Shown: positions 51,168-59,398 of the stretch, one piece after another
Layout of the letters: each line of letters starts with the position of its first letter
Position numbering within the stretch: position 1 is the stretch's first letter
Source of the DNA: an uncultured Candidatus Saccharibacteria bacterium
GTDB taxonomy: Bacteria; Patescibacteriota; Minisyncoccia; UBA6257; Colwellbacteraceae
Direction of reading: 5' to 3'
Assembly (NCBI GenBank): GCA_964360065.1
Contig: CAYHTW010000002.1
Coordinates: 2,251-66,250 of the forward strand
Length of the DNA: 64,000 nt
Made by a program: the position numbers and the translations under genes
Notes under the pieces: model-generated
What the model saw: only the letters and a program-made list of their open reading frames with translations
What the model was told of the DNA's origin: nothing
Databases searched by the model: none

Positions 51168-51232
51168 CTCAGTGGTAGAGCGACTCGTTTACACCGAGTA
51201 GGCCGGGGGTTCAATCCCCTCAGCGCGCACCA
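51158..51232 (+). tRNA. tRNA-Val (anticodon TAC), CCA encoded
   Basis: Anticodon loop ttTACac, T-loop ggttcaatccc. Confidence 0.85.
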
Positions 51233-51351
51233 AGAGAGTAGGCGTAGGCTTCTTTTATACTTTGGAGTGTAAATCTGGAGACAAAATGTATAGTAAATTT
51301 GTTGAAGTAGATGTTGAGTAAACAAAGATTATCCTGCTATCATTTATACAC

Positions 51352-51954
51352 ATGCCACAAACTCTAAAGCGTATATGGAGAATAGCCCGTATTCCATTGG
51401 GCGTTGTTTTGCTTCTTTATGTCGGGCTTGTCATATATCGCGTTCCTGCCGCATTTGAAAGGCAAAAGACACAAGATGTCGTTGCGCAAATTCACGCGCA
51501 AAAGCTGACGCTTGCCGACGTGAACGGCGAGAATCTTCCGCCCGTGCCCGACCCCGCTTTGGTAGATACAACGATTGAGGGTGTGGATGCGAACAAGAAC
51601 GGAATTCGCGACGATGTTGAGCTGGCGATTTTCAAAAAGTATCCCGACTCCGCAAGAATCCGCGCGGCGGAGTTGCAGTACGCGATGGCGTTACAGAACG
51701 AGATGACAAGCAATGTGTTCAATTCGGAGACACTTATAGCAGTTATGCAACAGGAGGATAGAGCATATTTTTGTATCGGCGATGCCGTCCCCAATCAATC
51801 GCCAGACATTCTTTCTAAGAAAACTGATGATTTAGCTTTTAATATCACTACTCGAAAACAGAGACATCAAGATATTTTCAGTAGCTACATGTCCTCGTTT
51901 AAGAGTGTGGGGGGGCTTCACTGTGATATTGATTTAACATCTCTACCTAACTAA
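51352..51954 (+). CDS. Membrane-anchored hypothetical protein in a compositionally distinct (GC-richer) segment
   Basis: N-terminal TM helix. Local GC looks about 50%, against roughly 42% in the flanking sequence (estimated by eye). Confidence 0.45.
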   Translation: MPQTLKRIWRIARIPLGVVLLLYVGLVIYRVPAAFERQKTQDVVAQIHAQKLTLADVNGENLPPVPDPALVDTTIEGVDANKNGIRDDVELAIFKKYPDSARIRAAELQYAMALQNEMTSNVFNSETLIAVMQQEDRAYFCIGDAVPNQSPDILSKKTDDLAFNITTRKQRHQDIFSSYMSSFKSVGGLHCDIDLTSLPN

Positions 51955-52163
51955 GCTCAAAAAATCTTCCGCTTTCTCCGCTATCACTCTCCCGCCATTC
52001 CCGAAAACCTCAAACGAAGCAGAAAAAGATACTGTTTTGCGAGGAGGCAGGGGCATAAACGCCAGCATTGAAGCCAGAAATGGAGAGACGTACCCCTACA
52101 AACGGGGCATGCCGGATTGAAGGGGTGATTGAAGGGGTAAACGTCAGCAATTTCTGCTAAAAT

Positions 52164-52751
52164 ATGTTCGAACAGAGACACGGATACACACCAACACAGA
52201 GGATAGGTCAGAATTTCCACCTAACTATAAAAATGATAAGAACTTTTTCGGAAAATATTGTTTTCTTTGATACCGAGTTTTCGGATCTGGATTCGGAGAC
52301 CGGCAAGTTGTTATCCATAGGTATGGTCAGACCGGACGGTGAGGAACTCTATTTAGAAATAGAGTACGAAGTGGAACCCAACGACTGGGTTAAAGAAAAT
52401 GTAGTCCCCTTCCTTAAGGGCAAGAAAGTAAGCGAAGAAGAAGCCAGAGACAAGATAAGAAGTTTCCTTGGAGACACCTCTCCATACCTGCTTTCTTACG
52501 TTAACCAGTTTGATGCGATTTATTGGTACAAACTATTTGGAGCCAGAACCCATCCAGCCGCTAAGATTCCATTAGATTTTTCTTCAATGCTATTTACCTT
52601 GGGGTTCAATCCAGGAAGCTTGTCTAACGACGATTTTCTTGATGACTTAGGCATAGACGCCAGCAAATACCAAAAACACAACGCCTTGGATGACGCGAAG
52701 CTTCTTAAAGAAGTTTATGTAAAATTTTTTAAGAGATACGGTAACTATTGA
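52164..52751 (+). CDS. DEDDh 3'-5' exonuclease (DnaQ-like); the true start may be M at 52233
   Basis: Exo I FFDTEFSDLD, Exo II YVNQFDAIYW, Exo III HNALDDAKLL. Confidence 0.65.
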   Translation: MFEQRHGYTPTQRIGQNFHLTIKMIRTFSENIVFFDTEFSDLDSETGKLLSIGMVRPDGEELYLEIEYEVEPNDWVKENVVPFLKGKKVSEEEARDKIRSFLGDTSPYLLSYVNQFDAIYWYKLFGARTHPAAKIPLDFSSMLFTLGFNPGSLSNDDFLDDLGIDASKYQKHNALDDAKLLKEVYVKFFKRYGNY

Positions 52752-52998
52752 GCGCCCTTGACCTGCTGAGGGTAAGCTTGGAACCGTTTTCGTATTAACA
52801 CATATGGAGCTCCCAACTCATTCGGCAAAATCAATCGGCAATTTTTTAGAATTGCCGATTGAGGTTTTAAGCGGTTTCCTGGTAAGCCCATGAATACTAC
52901 ATCTGTGCATAAAGTGTGAAACATTTGACAAAAAGCGTAAAACATCGTGAACATCAAAACGCCAGATAACCGCATGAATACTACACTTCGTAAAAGTG

Positions 52999-53016
52999 AA
53001 GTTTCACGTGAAACTT
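52999..53016. promoter_or_regulatory. 18 bp perfect palindrome aagtttcacgtgaaactt, just 3' of the LAGLIDADG gene
   Basis: Perfect dyad centred on CACGTG; one of three related sites within 600 bp. Confidence 0.6.
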
Positions 53017-53034
53017 TTAGATTAAAATGGCTAA

Positions 53035-53472
53035 CTAAAATTTTGGATTCTTATCGTAATATCCCGATTTATAAAGGCGCCATATAACCTTATAATTTTT
53101 AGGCACGTTCGTGTCTCTTCCAATATTTTCTAACCATTCCTCAAACTGTATGCCCTTATGTCCATAAAGCCTTTTATAGAAGAACGGTACAATTGTATTT
53201 TTAAGCGTTCCAAGGTCCCTAACCATCAACCTAACTATTGCGCCTCTATTATGACCGTCTTTCCTATACGGGCCGAGCCTATACATTCTAGTCTTTATAT
53301 TAAGATGATTTCTTACGGCTTCTACGAGATCACCATCTCTCTCATTCATGGTGATAGTGAACATAGGAAGTCTTGGTTTCATTGATTGGCCATTCTTCAA
53401 TGGTACATTACAAAAACTAAAACATCCCTCTCCTTCTATAAGTCCCCTAATGTAATCGTTAGTTAAAATCAT
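53035..53472 (-). CDS. Free-standing single-motif LAGLIDADG homing-endonuclease-like protein (145 aa)
   Basis: YIRGLIEGEGCFSF is a LAGLIDADG-type motif; its size matches homodimeric single-motif enzymes. Confidence 0.7.
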   Translation of the reverse strand: MILTNDYIRGLIEGEGCFSFCNVPLKNGQSMKPRLPMFTITMNERDGDLVEAVRNHLNIKTRMYRLGPYRKDGHNRGAIVRLMVRDLGTLKNTIVPFFYKRLYGHKGIQFEEWLENIGRDTNVPKNYKVIWRLYKSGYYDKNPKF

Positions 53473-53494
53473 AGCTTATCACTGTTCCTTATTT

Positions 53495-53518
53495 GCAAAG
53501 TTTCACGTGAAACTTTGC
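53495..53518. promoter_or_regulatory. 24 bp perfect palindrome gcaaagtttcacgtgaaactttgc, 23 bp upstream of the LAGLIDADG start codon
   Basis: Perfect dyad in the divergent intergenic region shared with yraN. Confidence 0.65.
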
Positions 53519-53567
53519 AAGATAGGCTCTGGATGTATGCCGGGTAAACACTTATAATCTTATTATA

Positions 53568-53582
53568 AAGTTTTTCGTGAAA
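53568..53582. promoter_or_regulatory. Degenerate third copy agtttttcgtgaaac, between a TATAAT-like box and the yraN start codon
   Basis: Right half-site CGTGAAAC conserved; left half altered. Confidence 0.45.
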
Positions 53583-53584
53583 CA

Positions 53585-53962
53585 ATGCCTTCAAAATCGG
53601 AAACTGGTAAATTAGGAGAAGATCTAGCCTCTCGGTATCTCAAGGGTAAGGGATATAAGATTATTGAAAGAAACTACCGGAAGCCCTGGGGAGAGCTGGA
53701 TATGGTGGCTTATTCTGAAACTGGGGTGTTGGTTTTTGTAGAGGTTAAAACCGTTACGTCGCATAATGTGGATAAGATGTTGATAACTGCCGAGGATCAG
53801 ATGACTCGTCAGAAGATAGAAAAGCTAAAAAGAGTATCTGCCATGTATGCCCAAAGCTTCCCCGAAAAAATAAACGAAGCTCTTGGATGGAGGATAGATG
53901 TTTTAGCCTTGACAATAAACGGAAAAGATTGTGTTGTGAAACATTACGAAAATATAAGTTAA
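53585..53962 (+). CDS. yraN: YraN/UPF0102 family endonuclease
   Basis: GELDMVAYSETGVLVFVEVKT pattern. Confidence 0.75.
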   Translation: MPSKSETGKLGEDLASRYLKGKGYKIIERNYRKPWGELDMVAYSETGVLVFVEVKTVTSHNVDKMLITAEDQMTRQKIEKLKRVSAMYAQSFPEKINEALGWRIDVLALTINGKDCVVKHYENIS

Positions 53963-54004
53963 GGTTTTTTGACATAAAGATTATTTTGTAAGAGAATAGA
54001 GCTT

Positions 54005-54283
54005 ATGCCTAGAACAAAATCAGCCAAGAAAGCTTTAAGACAGAGTGCAAGAAGGAGAGTCAGAAACATAGAAGGCGCCGATAATTTGAAGGCTACTGTT
54101 AAAAATTATAAAAAACTACTTCTGGAGGGTAAGTTGAAAGAGGCCGAACAGTCTCTCTCTTCTGTTTATAAACTCTTAGATAAGTCAGCTAATAAGAATC
54201 TTATTAAAAAGAATAAAGCTTCCAGAATGAAGTCGCGTTTTTCTCGTCAGCTTAAGACGAAATCAAGCAAGACCTCTTCGTAA
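54005..54283 (+). CDS. rpsT: 30S ribosomal protein S20
   Basis: MPRTKSAKKALRQSARRR is the canonical bS20 N-terminus. Confidence 0.9.
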   Translation: MPRTKSAKKALRQSARRRVRNIEGADNLKATVKNYKKLLLEGKLKEAEQSLSSVYKLLDKSANKNLIKKNKASRMKSRFSRQLKTKSSKTSS

Positions 54284-55020
54284 TCCAGCTTGCCCGATTT
54301 AACCGCTACGTCATAGTTGGCAAAAACTTCGGCTTCTTTTTTGTTTGATAAACGATAACTCAAACTATTAAAGACTCTCGCTGGGTCATCTCTTCTGTCG
54401 CTAAGTATTATCTCTAGGGCTGAGAGCTTTCTTTTGAAATCGCCATAACCTTTTAACGCGTTAATCAAAGAGAAGTAATCATCATTGCGTTTTTTCTGGA
54501 TATCCCGGCTGCTACTCAAGGAAAGTTTTTCCAGTTCAGTTACGATCCCCCATGTGTCTCCGCTAAATAGTTCTCTAATGGATTTAACTGTCTCCGCAGA
54601 CAATTTCAGGCCCAGCCTTTCGGCTTCTTTGCTTATAAAGCTGTTCAGCTGTGAATCGGAGAGAGCCGCGAACTCTTGGGCTTGGACCGGCACATCTACC
54701 AGAAACTTAAACTTAACGGGGGGGGTTTTATCGGCGATTATGAGAAGAACTGATTCTTTCCCGTCCACCTCATTTTTTAGATATTCTTTAAGGTCTTTAT
54801 TACCTTCGGCTTCATAGAGATTATTAATGACCGCTAACTTCTTATCCTCAAACATAGAACGATTAACCAAGAAGTTTCTTAATCTTACTACTTCATTCGG
54901 GTCCGATAAATCAAAGCGTTCTTTAGATAGATTACCCCTCTTGGCCTCGTAAGCTGTCTCTATCGCCAGTTGTTTTTTAAGCCTCCTATAAGAGTCTTCG
55001 CCGTATAAAAATATAATCAT
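54247..55020 (-). CDS. DNA polymerase III delta subunit-like (HolA-like)
   Basis: MIIFLYGEDSY N-terminus typical of HolA; weak overall. Confidence 0.5.
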   Translation of the reverse strand: MIIFLYGEDSYRRLKKQLAIETAYEAKRGNLSKERFDLSDPNEVVRLRNFLVNRSMFEDKKLAVINNLYEAEGNKDLKEYLKNEVDGKESVLLIIADKTPPVKFKFLVDVPVQAQEFAALSDSQLNSFISKEAERLGLKLSAETVKSIRELFSGDTWGIVTELEKLSLSSSRDIQKKRNDDYFSLINALKGYGDFKRKLSALEIILSDRRDDPARVFNSLSYRLSNKKEAEVFANYDVAVKSGKLDYEEVLLDFVLS

Positions 55021-56363
55021 TATTGGGACTCGTCGTAGAATACTTCTTTGGGGGGGACAAGAGTTGGATCGGTTGGCAAGGTAATATAAACCTTAGTACC
55101 TCGGCCCACTTCAGACTCCAACCAAATATTGCCACCGTGTCTATTAATAATATTTTTGGCGATATAAAGCCCCAAACCAGTTCCTTCAGTCCTGATTCTC
55201 GTGGCGTTTTCGGCCCTAAAGAACTTTTTAAAGAGCTTTTTTACGTCACTAGCCGGGATGCCCATGCCTGTATCAGCAACGCTAATCTGGGCGTAGGACT
55301 TATCTTGCAGTTTCTCCAGCTTCACCGTTACGCTACCGTTTTTAATGTTATACTTGATGGCGTTATCGATAATATTAGATAAGGCCATACCCAACTTGGC
55401 TGGGTCTATTCTAACTACTATTGAGGGGTCTGCTCCTTTATCAAAATACAGATTCACGCCGTACTCTTTAGCCATCAAATTGGCATTGGTTAAGAGATCG
55501 GACAGGAAAGAGACCAAATCCGCATTCCCAATATTGTAACCAAAGCGTCCTTCCTCAATCATAGAAACGTCAAGAAGGTCATTAACAATCTTGAGCGTTT
55601 TCCCTGCCGCCAGAGCTCCATTTTGTACTAATTCTTTATCGCTAGGTTCTAGAGAAGTTATTTTACTCAAAGCTTCAAATGTCCAATTGATACCGGTTAG
55701 AGGAGTTCTCAGTTGGTGGGCCGCCACGGCAATGAACTCTGACTTTGATTTATAAAGCTCAACTTCCCTAGTTCTGTCATGAATAATTTTTACGAAGCCG
55801 CTTACCTCGCCATTAGACAGTATCATCTTAATGGTAGTGACGGTTAAATTCATTTCCGGATTATCAAAGGTGACATCAAAGACCTGTGGATAGCCATCTC
55901 CTTCGCTTCTTTTAATAACCATGGGGGCGAGAGATGGGAAGAGGATTTGAGCCAGCATCCTAAACTTTTCTTCTTTAGCTCTTTCCGGTCCGAAATATTG
56001 TCCAATAATACCCTCTCTTTTGAGACCCAAGAGTTTCTCGGCGGCAATATTTATTATTGTTATCTTGAAATTATTATCGTAGGAGACAACCGCATCGGAT
56101 AAGCCAGAGACTATATCATTAAGCCTTAAGGCGCTGGATTTCATCTCTTTGTTAGACTTAGCAGTCCGTAAGTTATTCCAGAAGATGAGGAGAATTATGA
56201 CTAAAACAATGGAGCTCTTAACGGCCCAGTTAAGTGAAGTAAAGAAATAATCTGAAGCGAAGAGTAGAACAACGAGAACCAGAAATACCCATAAAGACCT
56301 CATTTCGGGAAGTTTTAAGTCGGCTACCCTGAAATTCACATTTTCTTTGAGTTTTTGGGACAT
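55020..56363 (-). CDS. Sensor histidine kinase (TM, PAS-like, HisKA, HATPase_c); no adjacent response regulator
   Basis: H-box AHQLRTPLTGI and G-boxes DTGMGIP / GTGLGLYIAK. Confidence 0.8.
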   Translation of the reverse strand: MSQKLKENVNFRVADLKLPEMRSLWVFLVLVVLLFASDYFFTSLNWAVKSSIVLVIILLIFWNNLRTAKSNKEMKSSALRLNDIVSGLSDAVVSYDNNFKITIINIAAEKLLGLKREGIIGQYFGPERAKEEKFRMLAQILFPSLAPMVIKRSEGDGYPQVFDVTFDNPEMNLTVTTIKMILSNGEVSGFVKIIHDRTREVELYKSKSEFIAVAAHQLRTPLTGINWTFEALSKITSLEPSDKELVQNGALAAGKTLKIVNDLLDVSMIEEGRFGYNIGNADLVSFLSDLLTNANLMAKEYGVNLYFDKGADPSIVVRIDPAKLGMALSNIIDNAIKYNIKNGSVTVKLEKLQDKSYAQISVADTGMGIPASDVKKLFKKFFRAENATRIRTEGTGLGLYIAKNIINRHGGNIWLESEVGRGTKVYITLPTDPTLVPPKEVFYDESQ

Positions 56364-56372
56364 TAGGTTTAA

Positions 56373-57299
56373 TTATAGCCCGCTTACGCGTTCAATTAAA
56401 CTATTGAAGCCAAGCTCTTTAAACTCTTTAGAGATTTTCTTCGTATTCAACTCACCACGATCTAAGTCCCGAAGCGAAACAACAAGAGGTAAATCAAAGC
56501 GTAAAGTGGCTAGTTTTTTGGACAGAACGCCCTTGTCCCGTCCCAATGAGAGCTTGTCCTGAACTTTAAGTTCAGGGAGCCCCACTTCATCTATCTCCTT
56601 GTAGATATTTTCCAATGAGCCAAACTTATTGAGTAGGGCCACGGCGGTCTTGGGCCCAATACCCTGAACGCCTGGGATGTTGTCGGACTTATCTCCAACT
56701 AATCCTTTGTAGTCGGCCAAAAGAGATGAAGGGAGGCCAAATCTGGCCTGGACCGCCGCTTCGTCGTAAATGACGGTGCTGCTAATTCCTTTTTGAGGAG
56801 ACATTACTACTACCTTATCGCCTCTAACAGCCTGAAGCATATCTAAGTCTCCAGATAGAATGCAGATTTTCCCTAAAGATTCTTCGGTTATGAATTTTTG
56901 AGAAAAAGTAGCTACAACATCATCCGCTTCCCAGCCTGCGAATCCAAAAGACTTAATACCAAACAGAGTCAATAAGTTTTTAGCTTCTATAAGTTGGGAG
57001 ACAAGTTCTGGGTCGGCGGGACCCCTGGTGCCTTTATATTCTTTGTATTCCTGTTTTCTGAAGGTTGGCTCGGGGGTGTCAAAGGCGGCGGCAATATAAC
57101 GGGGGGCGCCATTGCCAACTATTCCTTCCCTCAAGACTTTAATAAGGATACTGGAAACACCGTAAAGAGCACCAGTGGGCTCGCCAGTAGGGGAAGTAAA
57201 GGGGGGTAGGGCGTGATAAGCCCGATGAATAAGGGAGTTAGCGTCTATTAAAAGTAAGGTGTCTTTCATTCTGATGATTGCTGTCTCGGCTATGGGCAA
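56373..57299 (-). CDS. Stand-alone 5'-3' exonuclease (Pol I N-terminal / FEN-like domain only)
   Basis: LLLIDANSLIHRAYHALPP...GEPTGALYG, H3TH region; 308 aa with no polymerase domain. Confidence 0.8.
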   Translation of the reverse strand: MPIAETAIIRMKDTLLLIDANSLIHRAYHALPPFTSPTGEPTGALYGVSSILIKVLREGIVGNGAPRYIAAAFDTPEPTFRKQEYKEYKGTRGPADPELVSQLIEAKNLLTLFGIKSFGFAGWEADDVVATFSQKFITEESLGKICILSGDLDMLQAVRGDKVVVMSPQKGISSTVIYDEAAVQARFGLPSSLLADYKGLVGDKSDNIPGVQGIGPKTAVALLNKFGSLENIYKEIDEVGLPELKVQDKLSLGRDKGVLSKKLATLRFDLPLVVSLRDLDRGELNTKKISKEFKELGFNSLIERVSGL

Positions 57300-57675
57300 A
57301 TTTTATCCAGATAGTGCCTTTAGGAAGAATATGCCTAACTTTATCGGCCCACTCTATTACTACTATATTAGGGGATTTAAAAATCTCTTTAGCTCCCAGA
57401 TGCACGAGGTCGTAAGCCGCTACCCGGTAAGCGTCAATATGGTACACGTTCCTCTTACTTTTTAAAACGAACCTCCGCATAACGAGAAACGTCGGACTAG
57501 TGACTTTTTTCTTACTGCCCAAGGCTTTAATCAAACTCTTAGTGAAAGTAGTTTTGCCTGCGCCCAGATCGCCGACCAACCCGAGGACAACGAGAGATTC
57601 AGTTTTTATAATCTCGCTCCCTAAAACTTCGGCTAGATAGGAAGTTTCCTTGGGGTTTAAAGATTTGATTCTCAT
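57238..57675 (-). CDS. tsaE: tRNA t6A37 biosynthesis ATPase TsaE
   Basis: GDLGAGKTTFTK P-loop, about 145 aa. Confidence 0.8.
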   Translation of the reverse strand: MRIKSLNPKETSYLAEVLGSEIIKTESLVVLGLVGDLGAGKTTFTKSLIKALGSKKKVTSPTFLVMRRFVLKSKRNVYHIDAYRVAAYDLVHLGAKEIFKSPNIVVIEWADKVRHILPKGTIWIKFAHSRDSNHQNERHLTFNRR

Positions 57676-58175
57676 TATTTATCCGCCGGCTGGCGGAACA
57701 ATTTAAATATATGGACACTCGCGAGACCAGAGAGAACTGCTAGAAAAAGTCCAAGGACGATGGGCCAGAAATCATAAGTTTCTTTGAAATTGAATCCCAC
57801 AGCCGGGGCGCTTTGAGTAACTGTAGAAACGATGGACGCCTCGGCGCGTGCGGTTCGAAACCTAGCAGCTATTACAATCTGCCCCTCGGTAATTCCATTG
57901 TAGCCTAACTTATCAACTTCCTTGCCAGAGACATCGGAGATGTAAACAGAGTCGGAGTCATTGTTTAAAGTTATTCTTGTTTCATTGTAAGACAGCTTTA
58001 AATCCCCAGAAGGGGGAATAGTTTGCCCATCTAATTTAAAAACTTTCCCACCCGCATCTCTAAGTGCCCAGCCATTTAAAACAACTGGAGAAGAGCTGTC
58101 GTTAAAAAGTTTTATCCATTCACCGTCTGCGTCTTTACCAGCCGGATTGGGCAAAAGCTCTTTAAAGTAAATCAT
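57675..58175 (-). CDS. Lamin-tail-domain (LTD) protein with C-terminal TM anchor
   Basis: ELLPNPAGKDADGEWIKLFN is a typical LTD start. Confidence 0.55.
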   Translation of the reverse strand: MIYFKELLPNPAGKDADGEWIKLFNDSSSPVVLNGWALRDAGGKVFKLDGQTIPPSGDLKLSYNETRITLNNDSDSVYISDVSGKEVDKLGYNGITEGQIVIAARFRTARAEASIVSTVTQSAPAVGFNFKETYDFWPIVLGLFLAVLSGLASVHIFKLFRQPADK

Positions 58176-59206
58176 AAAAGTCTGTCGGGCTGTTTTTTGC
58201 CTAAGTGAGAATAAGCCAGAGGCTCGGCAGTACGACCGGCCGCGGTTCTCCTAATGAGGCCTAGTTTTAGCAGATATGGCTCGTAAACGTTCTCTACTAT
58301 GGCCCTGTCTTCGTTAATGGAGGCTGCAATAGTGCCGACGCCTACAGGGCCACCATTAAATTTCTCTATAATTGCCGAGAGTAAAAGCCTGTCGTGAGCC
58401 TCTAACCCAAGTTTGTCCACCTGTAAAATATCCAGAATCTTTTCGGCCACCTCTTCATCTACGCTGGGTTTGCCGTGAACCTCCATAAAGTCTCGGGCCC
58501 GTTTTAATAAACGGTTCGCCACCCTGGGGGTGAAACGAGAAGCCTTGGCCAAGATTTTCACCGCGCCGTCCGTTATTCTCAACCTCAGAATAGAAGCAGA
58601 TCTTTTGATAATAGCCTCTATGTCTTTCTCTTCGTAGTAATCGAGCCTGAAGGTGGCGCCGAAGCGAGACCTTAAGGGTTCCGAAAGTAAATCCATTCTA
58701 GTTGTGGCTGCCACAAGAGTGAAGGGAGGAATATCTAAAGAAATAGTTCTGGCTCCCGCACCTTTACCTATAATGATATGTAACTTACGCGACTCCATGG
58801 CGGGGTAGAGAACTTCTTCCACCATTCTATTTAAGCGATGGGCTTCATCTATAAAGAGGACGTCGCCTGATTCCAGGTTGCTTAAAATAGAAGCTAGGTC
58901 CCCCATTTTTTCTATAGCCGGGCCAGATGTAATTTTCATTACGGAATTCATTTCTCTGGAGACTAGTTTGGCTAAAGTGGTTTTACCTAAACCTGCCTGG
59001 CCGTAGAAAAGAAGATGGTCTGACACCTCACCGCGAGATTTGGCGGCGTCAATAATAATTTTAAGACTTATTTTTATTTTCTCCTGACCAATATATTCAT
59101 CCCACTTACTGGGGCGGAGAATAGTATCAACGGTTTCGTCCATCTCCTCGGGATGGAGGGAGGTTTTAGTTATCTCTTTATCTTTGTTGTTGGTTCTTTT
59201 GGGCAT
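58172..59206 (-). CDS. ruvB: Holliday junction branch-migration ATPase RuvB
   Basis: GQAGLGKTTLA Walker A, an AAA+ core and a winged-helix C-terminus. Confidence 0.9.
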   Translation of the reverse strand: MPKRTNNKDKEITKTSLHPEEMDETVDTILRPSKWDEYIGQEKIKISLKIIIDAAKSRGEVSDHLLFYGQAGLGKTTLAKLVSREMNSVMKITSGPAIEKMGDLASILSNLESGDVLFIDEAHRLNRMVEEVLYPAMESRKLHIIIGKGAGARTISLDIPPFTLVAATTRMDLLSEPLRSRFGATFRLDYYEEKDIEAIIKRSASILRLRITDGAVKILAKASRFTPRVANRLLKRARDFMEVHGKPSVDEEVAEKILDILQVDKLGLEAHDRLLLSAIIEKFNGGPVGVGTIAASINEDRAIVENVYEPYLLKLGLIRRTAAGRTAEPLAYSHLGKKQPDRLL

Positions 59207-59255
59207 ATTGACAAAGCTTATTCATTATGTTATGCTTAATCTAAGTTAGAAAGCG

Positions 59256-59398
59256 TAGGCCTGCGGGCAGAGAATCTATTGAGGCAGGACAATCTGGTTT
59301 CGGCTGGGTTACTCCCCACAACAGATTCTAAGCTTTTTTAGATTTAATTTAAAAGAGCATCATCCCTCCAAGGAATTGCCCGCAGACCTACTTTTTTT
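59256..59398. other. Nested long-range inverted repeats (15 bp gtaggcctgcgggca / tgcccgcagacctac and 7 bp agaatct / agattct) followed by T7; candidate structured RNA or terminator
   Basis: Outer stem with one mismatch spanning about 105 nt, an inner helix, and a terminal ttttttt. Confidence 0.35.

Noticed and set aside
51984-52220. 78 aa Cys-rich - strand ORF
   Set aside because: No start context. It overlaps the likely 5' region of the exonuclease gene and has odd composition. Probably non-coding.
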